Source: Bacteroidales bacterium (GTDB lineage Bacteria; Bacteroidota; Bacteroidia; Bacteroidales; VadinHA17). From it: 64,000 bases of DNA. Of the stretch, positions 1-10,628 are shown piece by piece. Both the position numbers and the translations under genes were made by a program. Position 1 is the stretch's first letter. Each line of letters begins with the position of its first letter. The stretch covers positions 2,946 through 66,945 of the forward strand of contig JBAQCK010000111.1 of NCBI GenBank assembly GCA_049294075.1, read 5' to 3'. Below the pieces are notes generated by a model, which was not told where the DNA came from, did not search any database, and worked only from the letters and a program-made list of their open reading frames with translations.

Positions 1-1337
1 CCTTTCATGTGATGCTGAAGCCTGCCGGTTCGTCATGCAACCTGAACTGCACTTACTGTTATTATCTTGAAAAGAGCAAGCTGTACGGTGCTGATTTTAA
101 AATGAGAATGACGGATGAACTGCTTGAGAATTTCACGAGGCAGTTCATAGAGGCTAATCAGGTGCCTGTTGTGACATTTACCTGGCAGGGAGGAGAACCG
201 ACCCTGATGGGACTCGATTTCTTCCGCAGGGCTTTAGACCTGCAAAAGAAATACGCCGGGGACAAGAAGATTGAAAATGCTTTTCAGACCAACGGAACGA
301 GGCTTGATGAAGACTGGTGCAGGTTTTTTAAAGACAATAATTTCCTTGTAGGGATATCAATTGACGGAGATGAGCATAACCACGACCACTTCAGGCGGAC
401 AAGATCGGGCCGTCCCACATTCAGGAAAGTGATGAGCGGAATAGAACTTCTCCATAAACACAGTGTCGAGTTCAATACTCTGAGCGTGGTCAACAGCTAT
501 AATGTTAATTATGCCGCGGAAACCTACAGGTTCCTTAAAAAAACCGGCAGCGGATTCATGCAATTTCTGCCAGTGGTTGAATTTGAAAACGAACAGCGGA
601 TGCCTGATGATCTTCGTCTTATTGCTCCCATTCATCAGAACTATCCGCATGTGACCCCTTTCAGTGTGCCGCCTGTGGATTTTGGGAAATTTCTTATAAC
701 GATTTTTGATGAGTGGGTAAGGAATGATGTTGCCAGGTATTATGTCCAGATATTTGATGCCAGCCTGGCGAATTATGTCGGGGAGAACCCCGGATTATGT
801 GTTTTCAACGACACATGCGGTGATGCTCTTGTAATGGAGCATAACGGGGATCTTTATTCATGCGATCACTTTGTATATCCCGAATATTTCCTGGGCAACA
901 TCGCGGATACTCCACTGATTGAGCTGGCCAAATCGCAGACGCAGTTTGACTTCGGCGTTAACAAGAGAAATAAGCTACCGAGGTATTGCCTGAAGTGTGA
1001 TGTGAGATACATGTGTCACGGAGAATGCCCCAAGCACAGGTTCCTGACTACACCTGACGGTGAACCGGGACTGAATTATCTTTGCGAAGGATATAAGATC
1101 TTCTATAAGCATGCAGAGCCCTATATGAAATTCATGGCAGAAGAGCTTCAGAACAAGCGCCCTCCTGCCAATGTAATGAACTGGATAAGGAACAGGGAGA
1201 ACCAGGTTGTCAGACCTGTTGTCCCGGGCCGGAACGATCCCTGCCCCTGTGGTTCGGGAAAGAAATTCAAGAACTGCTGCATGGGAAAGCCCGGAAATCC
1301 TTTCGTGCCAGGGTTAAGTAACAGAGAGAAAATATAG
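1..1337 (+). CDS. Anaerobic sulfatase-maturating enzyme (radical SAM with SPASM-type Cys-rich C-terminus); N-terminus cut by the window edge
   Basis: Track ORF 9..1337. The frame stays open to base 3, so the gene starts left of the window. CNLNCTYCYY is the CxxxCxxC AdoMet-radical motif, followed by GGEPTL. Cys-rich auxiliary-cluster region: CDHF...CLKCDVRYMCHGECPKHR. Lies next to five sulfatase genes. Extra tail CPCGSGKKFKNCC is SEC-C-like. Confidence 0.9.
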   Translation, partial: FHVMLKPAGSSCNLNCTYCYYLEKSKLYGADFKMRMTDELLENFTRQFIEANQVPVVTFTWQGGEPTLMGLDFFRRALDLQKKYAGDKKIENAFQTNGTRLDEDWCRFFKDNNFLVGISIDGDEHNHDHFRRTRSGRPTFRKVMSGIELLHKHSVEFNTLSVVNSYNVNYAAETYRFLKKTGSGFMQFLPVVEFENEQRMPDDLRLIAPIHQNYPHVTPFSVPPVDFGKFLITIFDEWVRNDVARYYVQIFDASLANYVGENPGLCVFNDTCGDALVMEHNGDLYSCDHFVYPEYFLGNIADTPLIELAKSQTQFDFGVNKRNKLPRYCLKCDVRYMCHGECPKHRFLTTPDGEPGLNYLCEGYKIFYKHAEPYMKFMAEELQNKRPPANVMNWIRNRENQVVRPVVPGRNDPCPCGSGKKFKNCCMGKPGNPFVPGLSNREKI

Positions 1338-1526
1338 TTGAAATAAAGAAATTGCACTTACGATCCGTCAGCTGGAACTTGCCTACCAGCCTGGAATTCC
1401 AACAATGAGGCTTAACACCGGCAGATGGAACGACACAGAATCCTTTGACGATCTGATGGCCAACAAGGGAATTGAACCAAATCTTCCCGGATACACGGAT
1501 GATAAGGGTTTTGAATGGGTAATCGA

Positions 1527-3089
1527 TCAGTTGGGGAGAAAGCCGCGTGCCAGTTCTTCGCTGTCGCCGTATTTAACCATAAGCTTTGCAAGGCGCTTGT
1601 GAAGATTCTTCCTTACCTGTGCATATGACGGATCGTTATATACATTCTTCATTTCGAGCGGATCTGCCACTCTGTCGTATAGCTCCCATTCGTCAATGTC
1701 GTAATAGTAATGCATCAGTTTATAGCGCCGGGTGCTCATTCCGTAATGGCGCTTGACCATGTGCGATCCGGGATATTCGTAATAATGATAATAGTGCTCC
1801 TTTCTCCAGTTACCGGGTGTATGGCCCTTGAGTATATTTAGCATGCTTCTGCCCTGCATATCGGAAGGCACTTCGACGCCGGCAATTTCAAGGAATGTCT
1901 CGGGAAGATCTATATTTGATACCATATCGCCGTTTACGGTTCCGGGCTTTGTAACCCCGGGCCAGCTTATAAGAAGCGGTGTCCGGTACGATTCCTCGAA
2001 CATAAGTCTCTTATCGAACCATCCATGCTCACCAAGATAAAATCCCTGGTCGGAGGCGTAAATCACCACGGTATTTTTGTCAAGGCCTGTCTCCTTCAGA
2101 TAATCCAGCACCTCCCCTACGCTTTTGTCCACGGCCGCAATACAGGCAAGATAATCCTGAAGGTACCGCTGGTACTTGAACCTTACAAGCTCATCACCCG
2201 AAAGGTTTGAAGAATAGAACTCCTGTATAATCGGATTATATACCGAATCCCATTGTGCCATTTGTACAGGATCGAGTCTTGCAAGTCCGGTTGACTTCAT
2301 CTTCGACCTGTCCTTGTACAGTTTCAGGTCCTCCTCCAGCCTCATTGTCTTTGAGATGGTCATGTCCTGTGTTTTTTCTGCTGTGCCCCTGTTTGAATAA
2401 TTGTCAAAAAGCGTGGGAGGCTCAGGAAAGGTAACGTCCTTGTACAGAGTCAGTTCTTCAGGTCCAGGCTGCCATTCCCTGTGAGGGGCCTTGTGGTGCA
2501 TCATAAGCATGAAGGGCTTGCCGGAATCTTTGGCATCTTCAAGCCATTCGATGCATTTATCGGTTATAAGCTCCGTTACATATCCCTTTTCGGTATGCTT
2601 TCCCTCGCTTGTTATGAACTCTGGATTGTAGTAGCTTCCCTGCCCTGGCAGTATTTCCCAGTGATCAAACCCTGTGGGATCCGAACCAAGATGCCATTTC
2701 CCGATCATTGCCGTTGAGTAGCCGGCCTTCTGCAGGAGTTTGGGGAAGGTCTGCTGGGAGCCGTCGAAGGGTTTCTGCCCTTCGTTAGCCACAAAACCAT
2801 TGAGATGGCTGTATTTGCCGGTGAGTATCACCGCCCGGCATGGACCTGAAATTGAATTAGTTACAAGGCATCTGTCAAATCTGATGCCTTCCGTGGCTAT
2901 CCGGTCGATATTTGGTGTTGCCGCCAGTTCCTTCAGCGCGCCTCCATAGGCGCTTATAGCCTGGTAAGCGTGGTCGTCGGACATGATATAGATAATATTG
3001 GGACGCTGCTGCCCATTCTGTGCTGTTGCCTGATGACAGCACAGAGCAGCCATTCCGATCATTGCTGTAAGTTTAAGGTCGGGTTGCAT
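1527..3089 (-). CDS. Sulfatase (S1 family, Ser-type formylglycine site), secreted
   Basis: 520 aa with an N-terminal signal-like segment. [10 protein letters not shown] metal-site N-terminus. [13 protein letters not shown] matches the [C/S]xPxR FGly motif with Ser. GKWHLG present. Confidence 0.9.
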   Translation of the reverse strand: MQPDLKLTAMIGMAALCCHQATAQNGQQRPNIIYIMSDDHAYQAISAYGGALKELAATPNIDRIATEGIRFDRCLVTNSISGPCRAVILTGKYSHLNGFVANEGQKPFDGSQQTFPKLLQKAGYSTAMIGKWHLGSDPTGFDHWEILPGQGSYYNPEFITSEGKHTEKGYVTELITDKCIEWLEDAKDSGKPFMLMMHHKAPHREWQPGPEELTLYKDVTFPEPPTLFDNYSNRGTAEKTQDMTISKTMRLEEDLKLYKDRSKMKSTGLARLDPVQMAQWDSVYNPIIQEFYSSNLSGDELVRFKYQRYLQDYLACIAAVDKSVGEVLDYLKETGLDKNTVVIYASDQGFYLGEHGWFDKRLMFEESYRTPLLISWPGVTKPGTVNGDMVSNIDLPETFLEIAGVEVPSDMQGRSMLNILKGHTPGNWRKEHYYHYYEYPGSHMVKRHYGMSTRRYKLMHYYYDIDEWELYDRVADPLEMKNVYNDPSYAQVRKNLHKRLAKLMVKYGDSEELARGFLPN

Positions 3090-3091
3090 AT

Positions 3092-4783
3092 TTATTTTGT
3101 CTGTTTGATTTCAAATGATCCTTTCAGTTCTTCGCTGTCCATGTATCCGTAACGGACCGCCTTTACACGTATATTGTAGTTGCCGGGTTTAAGGTGCATT
3201 TGTCCTGAATACAACAGCCAGTGCGGATTTTCCTTATCTTCAAAGGTATAAACTATCGAGGCTCCGTGAGTCGGGCAGTAAAATGACAGTGTCATTGGCG
3301 ATGACCAAGTACCGCCTGTTCTAAGATTTTTTGATGCCCTGTCCTCAGGTGAGTTGACAATGAAATAAGGAGTGTCCGTCACCGGTTGTTTCATGTCGGG
3401 CCACATCTGCCTTATCATCTCAGGTTCATTCATGTGGCCCAGATCTCCTGTTGTCAGCGTCCATTGTTCATGCTTTTCCCTGAGTTCATCAAGTACTTTC
3501 AGATACTTTGGATCATCTGCAAGGTTGTTGATCTGGTAAGGGTCCTTCCTTACGTCATAAAGCTCCTCGGGAGGCCTGGTGGAAGCCATCCATGATTTCT
3601 GAGGTCCTGTTAAGCTGCCTTCCGCATCGAGCCGGAGCATTTCTTTGTAGATGGGCATGTTGTTAAGGTAAGGAACCCAGATCTGAAATGACTCGTTGGG
3701 ATAGTAATTGCGAATGTACAGAAAGTCTTTTGTCCTTACCGAACGTATCATGTCGTACGATTCATCTACCCGGTCGCGGGCAGCATAAACGGCATCCCTT
3801 TCAGGCTTTGTCTGGTTACCGAGAAATGGTCTTCCCTGCATATGGGCGGGAACCGGTATTCCTGCGAGCGAAAGAACCGAGGGTCCAAAGTCGATGGAGC
3901 TGATCAGCCTGTCGTCAACAGTTCCGGCGTTCATTCCATCGGGGAATTTAATTATAAGTGGAATTCTGAGACCTGAGTCATAAAGCCATCTTTTTCCCCT
4001 GGGAAGGCCGTCGCCATGGTCGCCCCAGAAGAAGATTATAGTATTATCCAGCTCTCCTTCCCTCTCAAGTTCATTAAGCATTACACCTACAACTGAATCA
4101 AGCCTGGCAATGTTGTCGTAAAACCTGGCTATATTTTTTCTTACAATTTCATTGTCGGGATAATACGGCGGAACGGGTACAGATTCAGGGTCGGTTTTAA
4201 CCTTGCTGATATCCCAGTTCTGGCTTTCGTGGGTTCCTACCCAGTTGAAAACGGCAAAGAACGGCTGGTTTTTGTCGGAGCGGTTCTTATAATGGGCGTT
4301 TCTGCTGCATTCATCCCAGATACTTGCCGGTACCGGGTCCTTTGCAAACTGATAGTCGGTTTTGTTGTTATTGGTGCAGTAGTATCCGGCGGTCCGCATA
4401 TATTCGGTGAATGTCTTGACATAGTGAGGCGGGACTGCGGTGAATTCAACCGGATTCTCAGCGCTTCTCCGGAAGGAGGTCGTCCTCATGTGCATGCACC
4501 CGATGGATGTCTGATACATCCCGGTGATTATTCCGGCACGGCACGGCGCACTTATGGCAGCAGTTGTGAATACGTTGGTATATCTGACACCCTGCGAGGC
4601 AAGCCGGTCGATATTGGGAGTCTTAATGGTGTTATCTCCGTAACAGCCAAGGCGCGGGCTCATATCCTCAGTGGATATCCAGAGAATGTTTGGCTGACGG
4701 GGCGTTTGCTGGCTGTAGGCTGCTGTCTGCATGGCAGCCAGTGAAACAAGCCCGAGATTCAGTGTTGACCGGAGGGTTATCAT
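3092..4783 (-). CDS. Sulfatase (S1 family, Ser-type) with an extra C-terminal ~90-aa beta-sandwich-like domain
   Basis: 563 aa with a signal peptide. [10 protein letters not shown], then [21 protein letters not shown] is also present. The C-terminal extension ([15 protein letters not shown]...[11 protein letters not shown]) is absent from the neighbouring paralogs. Confidence 0.9.
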   Translation of the reverse strand: MITLRSTLNLGLVSLAAMQTAAYSQQTPRQPNILWISTEDMSPRLGCYGDNTIKTPNIDRLASQGVRYTNVFTTAAISAPCRAGIITGMYQTSIGCMHMRTTSFRRSAENPVEFTAVPPHYVKTFTEYMRTAGYYCTNNNKTDYQFAKDPVPASIWDECSRNAHYKNRSDKNQPFFAVFNWVGTHESQNWDISKVKTDPESVPVPPYYPDNEIVRKNIARFYDNIARLDSVVGVMLNELEREGELDNTIIFFWGDHGDGLPRGKRWLYDSGLRIPLIIKFPDGMNAGTVDDRLISSIDFGPSVLSLAGIPVPAHMQGRPFLGNQTKPERDAVYAARDRVDESYDMIRSVRTKDFLYIRNYYPNESFQIWVPYLNNMPIYKEMLRLDAEGSLTGPQKSWMASTRPPEELYDVRKDPYQINNLADDPKYLKVLDELREKHEQWTLTTGDLGHMNEPEMIRQMWPDMKQPVTDTPYFIVNSPEDRASKNLRTGGTWSSPMTLSFYCPTHGASIVYTFEDKENPHWLLYSGQMHLKPGNYNIRVKAVRYGYMDSEELKGSFEIKQTK

Positions 4784-4841
4784 AGCAAGAGTTTAAAATT
4801 TTTTTGCGTCAGACCGGTTTTATTTTCCGGGATACATTTAT

Positions 4842-6368
4842 TCATGGCATATCTTTCCATTCAGGATTCGGGATCATCATGAGTGCACCGGTCTCCTGTC
4901 TCCATGCTTTGAGAAGGTCGTACAACTCCCTTGTCTTTTGGGGATTGACTGCTGAAATATCGTTGGTCTCCGACAAGTCGTTTTCCAGATCATACAACTC
5001 CTGCCTGTCTTTTTCGAAATTATCGACCAGTTTGTATTTTCCGAGGCGCACGGCGCTTCCCGGCCAGGCGCCCTGGTTTGAATAGTGGGGATAATGCCAG
5101 AAAAGAGGACGTGATTTCATCCTGTCCTTTTTCAGAAGAGATACTATGCTGGTACCGTCGATACTATTTGCCGGCTGAACAGAACCCGTAAGCTCAATAA
5201 TCGTCGGGAAGAAATCGATGGTTGAAACGGGTGTCTCCCTTACTGTTCCTGGTTTAGCCTTTTTCGGGTATTTTATAATAAGCGGGACCCGGATACCTCC
5301 TTCATAAAGCCAGCCTTTGCCGGCTTTCAAAGGGTAATTGCAGGTTGGCGAGCCTTCAGATGTTGAAAGGCCCCCGTTGTCGGAGGTGAAAACAATGATT
5401 GTGTTTTCATCGAGATCCAGTTCTTCGAGTCTTTTTACAAGTCTTCCTATATTTTCATCAACGCTGTAAATCATGGCTGCATAGACGGGATTACTCTGTA
5501 TAATACGTTCCCTGAAGTTCTCATTCATTGATTCCCTGATCCATTCCCTTTTGCGGGTGAAGGCTTCAGTATCTGAAAGTCCCATTGAATCAGCCTTAAG
5601 TGAAAACTTCCTGATATGCTCTTCCTTTGCCTGCATGGGATTATGAACAGCATAATATGACAGATAGACAAAGAACGGATTGTCACCGGAGCTTTCAATG
5701 AACTTAATGGCTTCGTCTGTCTGGCGGTCGGTCAGATATTCTCCTGCCGGACCGTCTTCGAGCCGGGGATTCCCGTAAGGTGAGAAGTATCCGTCGGAGG
5801 TCTTGCTTCTGTTTGGCTGTCCGGCACCATGTCCTCCCCTGTTGATATCGAATCCCTGGTGCTCCGGCCAGAATTCCTCTCCTGCTCCAAGATGCCATTT
5901 ACCGCTTATCAGCGTTGAATACCCGTTAGTTTTCAGCACTTCAGCAATAGTGATTTCATTTTTTTCAAGATTAAGCGTGAAGGGCAATGATACAAGCCTG
6001 TCGGTCGGAGCGCCGCTTTTAGAAGCCTGACGGCCCGGTATCCAGTCGGTGATCCCTGTATTGACAGTGCATTTTCCCGTCATTAAAGCAGCCCTTGTTG
6101 GTGAAGAAACCGGGCTGGCCGCATAGGCATTGGTGAATCTGATCCCTTCCCTGGCAAGTCTGTCTATATTGGGTGTTTCATAAAACCTGCTGCCATAGCA
6201 GGCCAGGTCAGTATAGCCGAAATCATCCATGAGGATGAATATAACATTGGGCTTTTGATCCGGCTGCCGTGAAGTTCCTGCAACTCCCGAAAGTGGTGCC
6301 AGGGCAAGCAGGCCGGCTGAAATTACAGAGGTTAAATCGCTGCGTCTTTCTTTTTTTTGTTCTTTCAT
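4842..6368 (-). CDS. Sulfatase (arylsulfatase A-like, Ser-type)
   Basis: 508 aa. NVIFILMDDFGYTD, S-S-P-T-R-AALMTGK, SGKWHLG, FTSDNGG. Overlaps the next sulfatase gene by 4 nt. Confidence 0.9.
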   Translation of the reverse strand: MKEQKKERRSDLTSVISAGLLALAPLSGVAGTSRQPDQKPNVIFILMDDFGYTDLACYGSRFYETPNIDRLAREGIRFTNAYAASPVSSPTRAALMTGKCTVNTGITDWIPGRQASKSGAPTDRLVSLPFTLNLEKNEITIAEVLKTNGYSTLISGKWHLGAGEEFWPEHQGFDINRGGHGAGQPNRSKTSDGYFSPYGNPRLEDGPAGEYLTDRQTDEAIKFIESSGDNPFFVYLSYYAVHNPMQAKEEHIRKFSLKADSMGLSDTEAFTRKREWIRESMNENFRERIIQSNPVYAAMIYSVDENIGRLVKRLEELDLDENTIIVFTSDNGGLSTSEGSPTCNYPLKAGKGWLYEGGIRVPLIIKYPKKAKPGTVRETPVSTIDFFPTIIELTGSVQPANSIDGTSIVSLLKKDRMKSRPLFWHYPHYSNQGAWPGSAVRLGKYKLVDNFEKDRQELYDLENDLSETNDISAVNPQKTRELYDLLKAWRQETGALMMIPNPEWKDMP

Positions 6369-7882
6369 CTGGCTTTTATCGAGTTCAGAAGATCTGTCAA
6401 TTCCTTAACAATGGCCGGCTCGCTGCCTGCCGCATTATTCTTCTCCCCGGGGTCAGTCTTGAGGTTAAATAGCTGGTAATCGGGATCATTTCCTGTTTCG
6501 GTATTTGTATTAACCTGGATCTTCGGTCCCTGGCCAGGTTCAATCAGTTTCCAGCCGTTTCTGACAATTGAAAGCCTGGTCCGGGATGGTTGTTCCACTA
6601 TCCACTCACGGCCTTTGTCCGATATTCCGGTCAGTACATCCATGTTGTTTCTGCTGTCCGGAGCCCCGCCTTCGGGTATTGATGCTCCTGCCAGACCTGC
6701 AAGCGAAGCCATCAGGTCGATCTGGCTGAATAATGCATCGGAAACGCCTTTCTTTATCGTTCCTTTCCATGAAGATATGAATACCACTCTTGTCCCTCCC
6801 TCAAAAGCGCTGTATTTTCCACCGCGGAGCAGACCGGCAGGCTTATGTGAACCGATCAGCTCAACTGCCTGGTCCCTGTAGCCGTCATCTACAACGGGAC
6901 CATTATCGCTGGTAACAATGATGAGGGTGTTTTTCTGAAGCTTCATTCTTTTTACCGCTTTGACAATCTCTCCCACCGACCAGTCGAATTCAAGGATTGC
7001 ATCTCCCCTGGGACCCATCCCGCTTTTGCCTGCAAAGCGGCCGTGAGGAAGCCTCGGAACATGGATATCGTGGGTTGCGAAGTAGAGAAAGAATGGTTTT
7101 TCGTGATTATCTTCGATGAACTTAACTGCCTTGGAGGTAATTACATCAGCCATATCCTCATCGACCCACAATGCTGTCCTTCCGCCTGTCATGTACCCGA
7201 TACGGCTGATCCCGTTTACAATGGTCATATCGTGCCCGTGGCTGGGATGCATTTTCAGGAGCTCGGGGTTCTCCTTTCCGGTCGGCCAGTCACCGACTTT
7301 TTTACTGTAATCGACTGAAATCGGATCGGAAGGATCAAGTCCGACAACTCTTCTGTTTTCAACATAAACACATGGTACACGATCGCCTGTGGCGGGAATC
7401 AAAAAGCTGTAATCGAATCCTATATCCAGCGGTCCGGGTCTTATTTCCCCGTTCCAGTCAGGGCCTCCTGCGGGACCAAGTCCGAGGTGCCATTTACCCA
7501 CAACACCTGTTGTATATCCCGCGCTCTTTATTACTGAAGGAAGAGTGATCCTGCCGGGCGTTATGAGAGCAGAAGCATCCCCCGGCAAAACACTGGTGCC
7601 TTCACGCCTCCAGGCATATTGTCCGGTGAGCAGGGAATACCGCGAAGGGGTGCTCGTTGCTGATGTGCAATAGCCATTCGTAAAGCGAAGTCCCTGATTT
7701 GCAAGCCTGTCAATATTCGGCGTTTTCAGACGGGTTGCACCGTAGCAACTGACATCGCCATAGCCCAGATCGTCGGCAAGAATGATTATTATGTTCGGTT
7801 TTTCCGAAGGCTGGGAAAAACTCATCTGGGTCAGTGATGCCGAAATAATTCCGGCCGATCCTGTAACGAGTTTTAAGTTCAT
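6365..7882 (-). CDS. Sulfatase (arylsulfatase A-like, Ser-type)
   Basis: 505 aa. NIIIILADDLGYGD, S-T-P-S-R-YSLLTGQY, GKWHLGLG, VTSDNGP. Confidence 0.9.
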   Translation of the reverse strand: MNLKLVTGSAGIISASLTQMSFSQPSEKPNIIIILADDLGYGDVSCYGATRLKTPNIDRLANQGLRFTNGYCTSATSTPSRYSLLTGQYAWRREGTSVLPGDASALITPGRITLPSVIKSAGYTTGVVGKWHLGLGPAGGPDWNGEIRPGPLDIGFDYSFLIPATGDRVPCVYVENRRVVGLDPSDPISVDYSKKVGDWPTGKENPELLKMHPSHGHDMTIVNGISRIGYMTGGRTALWVDEDMADVITSKAVKFIEDNHEKPFFLYFATHDIHVPRLPHGRFAGKSGMGPRGDAILEFDWSVGEIVKAVKRMKLQKNTLIIVTSDNGPVVDDGYRDQAVELIGSHKPAGLLRGGKYSAFEGGTRVVFISSWKGTIKKGVSDALFSQIDLMASLAGLAGASIPEGGAPDSRNNMDVLTGISDKGREWIVEQPSRTRLSIVRNGWKLIEPGQGPKIQVNTNTETGNDPDYQLFNLKTDPGEKNNAAGSEPAIVKELTDLLNSIKAR

Positions 7883-7883
7883 T

Positions 7884-9314
7884 TTACTTACTTACTTCAA
7901 AGGAGAATGGAAAAATATCTGAAGGAACATGTGCATCATTCATCACTTGTTCCAGTTTCTTTACCAGGTCAGGATTTGATGGCGCCAGGTCAGTGGTTTC
8001 ACCTTCATCCGCCGACAGGTCATAAAGCTCGACAGTGCTTTCAGTACCTTTGCCGGCATTCAGCTTAACCGCTTTCCAGTCTCCCATCCTTACTGCCATC
8101 TTGCCTCCCTGCTCGTGGAATTCCCAGTAGAGGTATTCGTGTTTTTTCTGCTTCTTACCCAGCAATTCAGGAAGGAAAGAAATCCCGTCAATCCCGGAAG
8201 GGACATCAATTCCGGCTATTTCTGCAAGTGTCGGCATTACATCCCAGAATGCAGAAACGTGATCAGAAACGGATCCCGGTTTCACCCGGTCGGGCCATCT
8301 TACTATCATCGGTGTTCTGATTCCGCCCTCATACATATCCCTCTTGTTTCCCCTGAGGGGTCCGTTGCTTTCGAAATAGTCGGGATCGGCGCCGCCTTCA
8401 AGATGGGGGCCGTTGTCGGATGCAAAGATCACAATCGTATTTTCTTCAAGGCCAAGCTCGGCAAGTTTTTCCATTATTTCACCCACATAGTCATCAAGCT
8501 GAGTCACCATAGCTGCAAAGGCTGCATGTGATTCAGGCTGTGAACTATAGGGACCCTGTCGGAATTCAGGACCCTCATCAACGCCTTCAAATACCTTTTC
8601 AGGATCAAATTTACCCCTGAATTTTTGCATGTACTCTTCCTTTGCCACCAGTTCCGCATGGGGAATAGTTGTGGGGTAGAACATGAAAAACGGATTGTTC
8701 CTGTTCTTTTCGATGAAACTCAGGGCCTCGGCATGGATAAGGTCAGGGCTGTATGCGCCTGCGCGGCTGCTGTCATTGGCGTGCAGCAGAATCATTTCCC
8801 TGTTATGCCACAGGTGGCCGGGAAAGTAGTTATGGGCAAGCCGCTGACAGTTGTAGCCATAAAATTCGTCGAAGCCCTGGGAGTTGGGATCACCTTCGGT
8901 GTTGATATAGCCAAGTCCCCATTTCCCGTAGGCTCCTGTTGCGTAACCCTTTGTTTTCAGCATTTCAGCCACTGTAACAGATGCCGCGGGCAGAGGCCAT
9001 TGGCCTGCCGGCTTCCATTCCTTGTTTCCCCTTATGGGAGTATGACCGGTATGAAGTCCTGTCATCAGGCACGACCGCGACGGAGCGCTTACGGTGCAAC
9101 CGGTATAATGCTGCCTGAAGAGCATTCCCCGGATGGCAAGCCTGTCGATGTTAGGGGTTGCAAATTTCTTTTGCCCGTAACAGCTAAGGTCGCCATAGCC
9201 GAGATCATCGGCAAGGATGTAAACAATATTGGGAAGAGGCTTTTCCTTTCCTGCCTGGGAGCAGGATACAACTGCAAGCGAGGTGCAGATAGTCAGGGGG
9301 ATGGTTGGTTTCAT
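7884..9314 (-). CDS. Sulfatase (arylsulfatase A-like, Ser-type)
   Basis: 476 aa. NIVYILADDLGYGD, S-A-P-S-R-SCLMTGLHTGH, GKWGLG, FASDNGP. Confidence 0.9.
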   Translation of the reverse strand: MKPTIPLTICTSLAVVSCSQAGKEKPLPNIVYILADDLGYGDLSCYGQKKFATPNIDRLAIRGMLFRQHYTGCTVSAPSRSCLMTGLHTGHTPIRGNKEWKPAGQWPLPAASVTVAEMLKTKGYATGAYGKWGLGYINTEGDPNSQGFDEFYGYNCQRLAHNYFPGHLWHNREMILLHANDSSRAGAYSPDLIHAEALSFIEKNRNNPFFMFYPTTIPHAELVAKEEYMQKFRGKFDPEKVFEGVDEGPEFRQGPYSSQPESHAAFAAMVTQLDDYVGEIMEKLAELGLEENTIVIFASDNGPHLEGGADPDYFESNGPLRGNKRDMYEGGIRTPMIVRWPDRVKPGSVSDHVSAFWDVMPTLAEIAGIDVPSGIDGISFLPELLGKKQKKHEYLYWEFHEQGGKMAVRMGDWKAVKLNAGKGTESTVELYDLSADEGETTDLAPSNPDLVKKLEQVMNDAHVPSDIFPFSFEVSK

Positions 9315-9376
9315 CGGGTTACAGGTAGTTTAAAGTCCTGCTTGCTGCGCGGAAGCAGGGTTATGATATGCTGGTA

Positions 9377-10435
9377 TTACAATTTTCTTATCCCGATCGT
9401 AAAAGCCTTGCCCGGGTTTTTTACCAGTATCTGGTCGATATCATCGTCGGTAAAACCCTTGGTTCTGAGGGCCGGCAAAAGGGCATTAAAGATGTCATTA
9501 TAACCGTTGAAGTTTCCTCCTCGCGGCTTTGCGGGATCATACCATCCGGAATCGTGAGAGATCAGTACTTTGTCAAGGAGACCTTCATCCTTAAGCCGGG
9601 TAATCCTGTCAGCATACCATTCCACACTGTTAGGGGAGCCGGGTTCGATATTCCTTATCCGGATGTTATCGAGAGAGATCCAGGTTCCTTCTCTTGCAGC
9701 CCTTATATTTCCTTCAATGGTTCCTCCCTGGGCATGAACCCAGATGAAGGCAGAAGGATCGGCGCCGCATTGCTTAAGGATTTCAATTTGTTCAAATGCC
9801 GGACCGTCAGGTCCAGTGTGTGATGCGATCACCAGTCCGGTTTCAAGATGGGTAAGTGAAGCTGCTTTGATGATTTTCTGGTGTTCAGGGGAAAGATGAT
9901 CGTCGGGATTCACCGCGATCTTTATAAATCCAGGTTTGATTCCTGTTCCCTCGATCCCGTTTTTGTATTCATCGATCCACAGAGCAGCAATTTCCCCGGG
10001 ATCCAATTCATAAAAACTCTGTGGGATGAATTTGTTGCTCTGGGCTCCGTAGTAGCCGGTGTTGGTAATGAAGTTCACCCCTGAAACCCTTGACAGGGAT
10101 TTCAGCAATAAGGGATCTCTTCCCAACCATTGAGGGGTGGCCTCGACTATAGTCTTTACTCCGTTTTGCTTTGCCTCCATTACAATGGGAAGAGCCCTTG
10201 CAATGACCGAATCCCTGTTCCACCTGAAATACCCTGTACTGTCGGCACCGATGAAATCCACCAGGATATGCTCGTGTTCAAGGGTAATGCCCATCCTGCC
10301 GGGCGATTCAGGTCCGTTAACGGTCATGACCATTTCATCCGGCACTCGCTTGCAGGTAATGATCACTATACCGAAAAGAAGGAAGAGTATAAGCCATAAA
10401 ATGATCTTAAAATCATCAAAATCATCCATTTCCAT
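9377..10435 (-). CDS. Phosphotriesterase-family (PTE/amidohydrolase-fold) protein with an N-terminal membrane anchor
   Basis: 352 aa. Metal-ligand pattern of the PTE family: GITLEHEHILVDF (HxH), GFIKIAV (Lys), IASHTG, IWVHAQGG, LISHDSGW. N-terminal hydrophobic helix FKIILWLILFLLFGIVIITC. First gene of the minus-strand sulfatase operon. Confidence 0.75.
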   Translation of the reverse strand: MEMDDFDDFKIILWLILFLLFGIVIITCKRVPDEMVMTVNGPESPGRMGITLEHEHILVDFIGADSTGYFRWNRDSVIARALPIVMEAKQNGVKTIVEATPQWLGRDPLLLKSLSRVSGVNFITNTGYYGAQSNKFIPQSFYELDPGEIAALWIDEYKNGIEGTGIKPGFIKIAVNPDDHLSPEHQKIIKAASLTHLETGLVIASHTGPDGPAFEQIEILKQCGADPSAFIWVHAQGGTIEGNIRAAREGTWISLDNIRIRNIEPGSPNSVEWYADRITRLKDEGLLDKVLISHDSGWYDPAKPRGGNFNGYNDIFNALLPALRTKGFTDDDIDQILVKNPGKAFTIGIRKL

Positions 10436-10628
10436 AAGCTTTGTTTTTTCTGGGTTACACCGGCAATAAAAATAAGATAATTTATCGAAATACAGGTAAC
10501 CCTTAACAATATCATTATGGCTCCGTCATTTTCGTTTTTAATCTCTGTTTTTCTTTTTCATTTCAGGATTTTCCTTGGTGACGGGTAATTTAGCATAATA
10601 TGACCAACAGTTTTGTTATTTTTGCACG

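Noticed and set aside
1405-1602. 65-aa + strand ORF in the convergent gap between the anSME and the first sulfatase
   Set aside because: Half of it overlaps the sulfatase 3' end on the other strand. It has no recognisable motif or obvious start context. It could be a gene fragment, but this cannot be supported.
8625-9503. 292-aa + strand ORF
   Set aside because: It lies entirely antisense to a sulfatase and the PTE-family gene, both of which have strong family motifs. Its composition is Cys/Gly/Arg-rich, as is typical of antisense frames.
10617-10624. TATTTTTG (TAnnTTTG) box just before the ferredoxin gene
   Set aside because: It ends only 4 nt before the ATG at 10629, so a transcript from it would begin at or after the start codon. 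It is not called as a promoter without TSS data.
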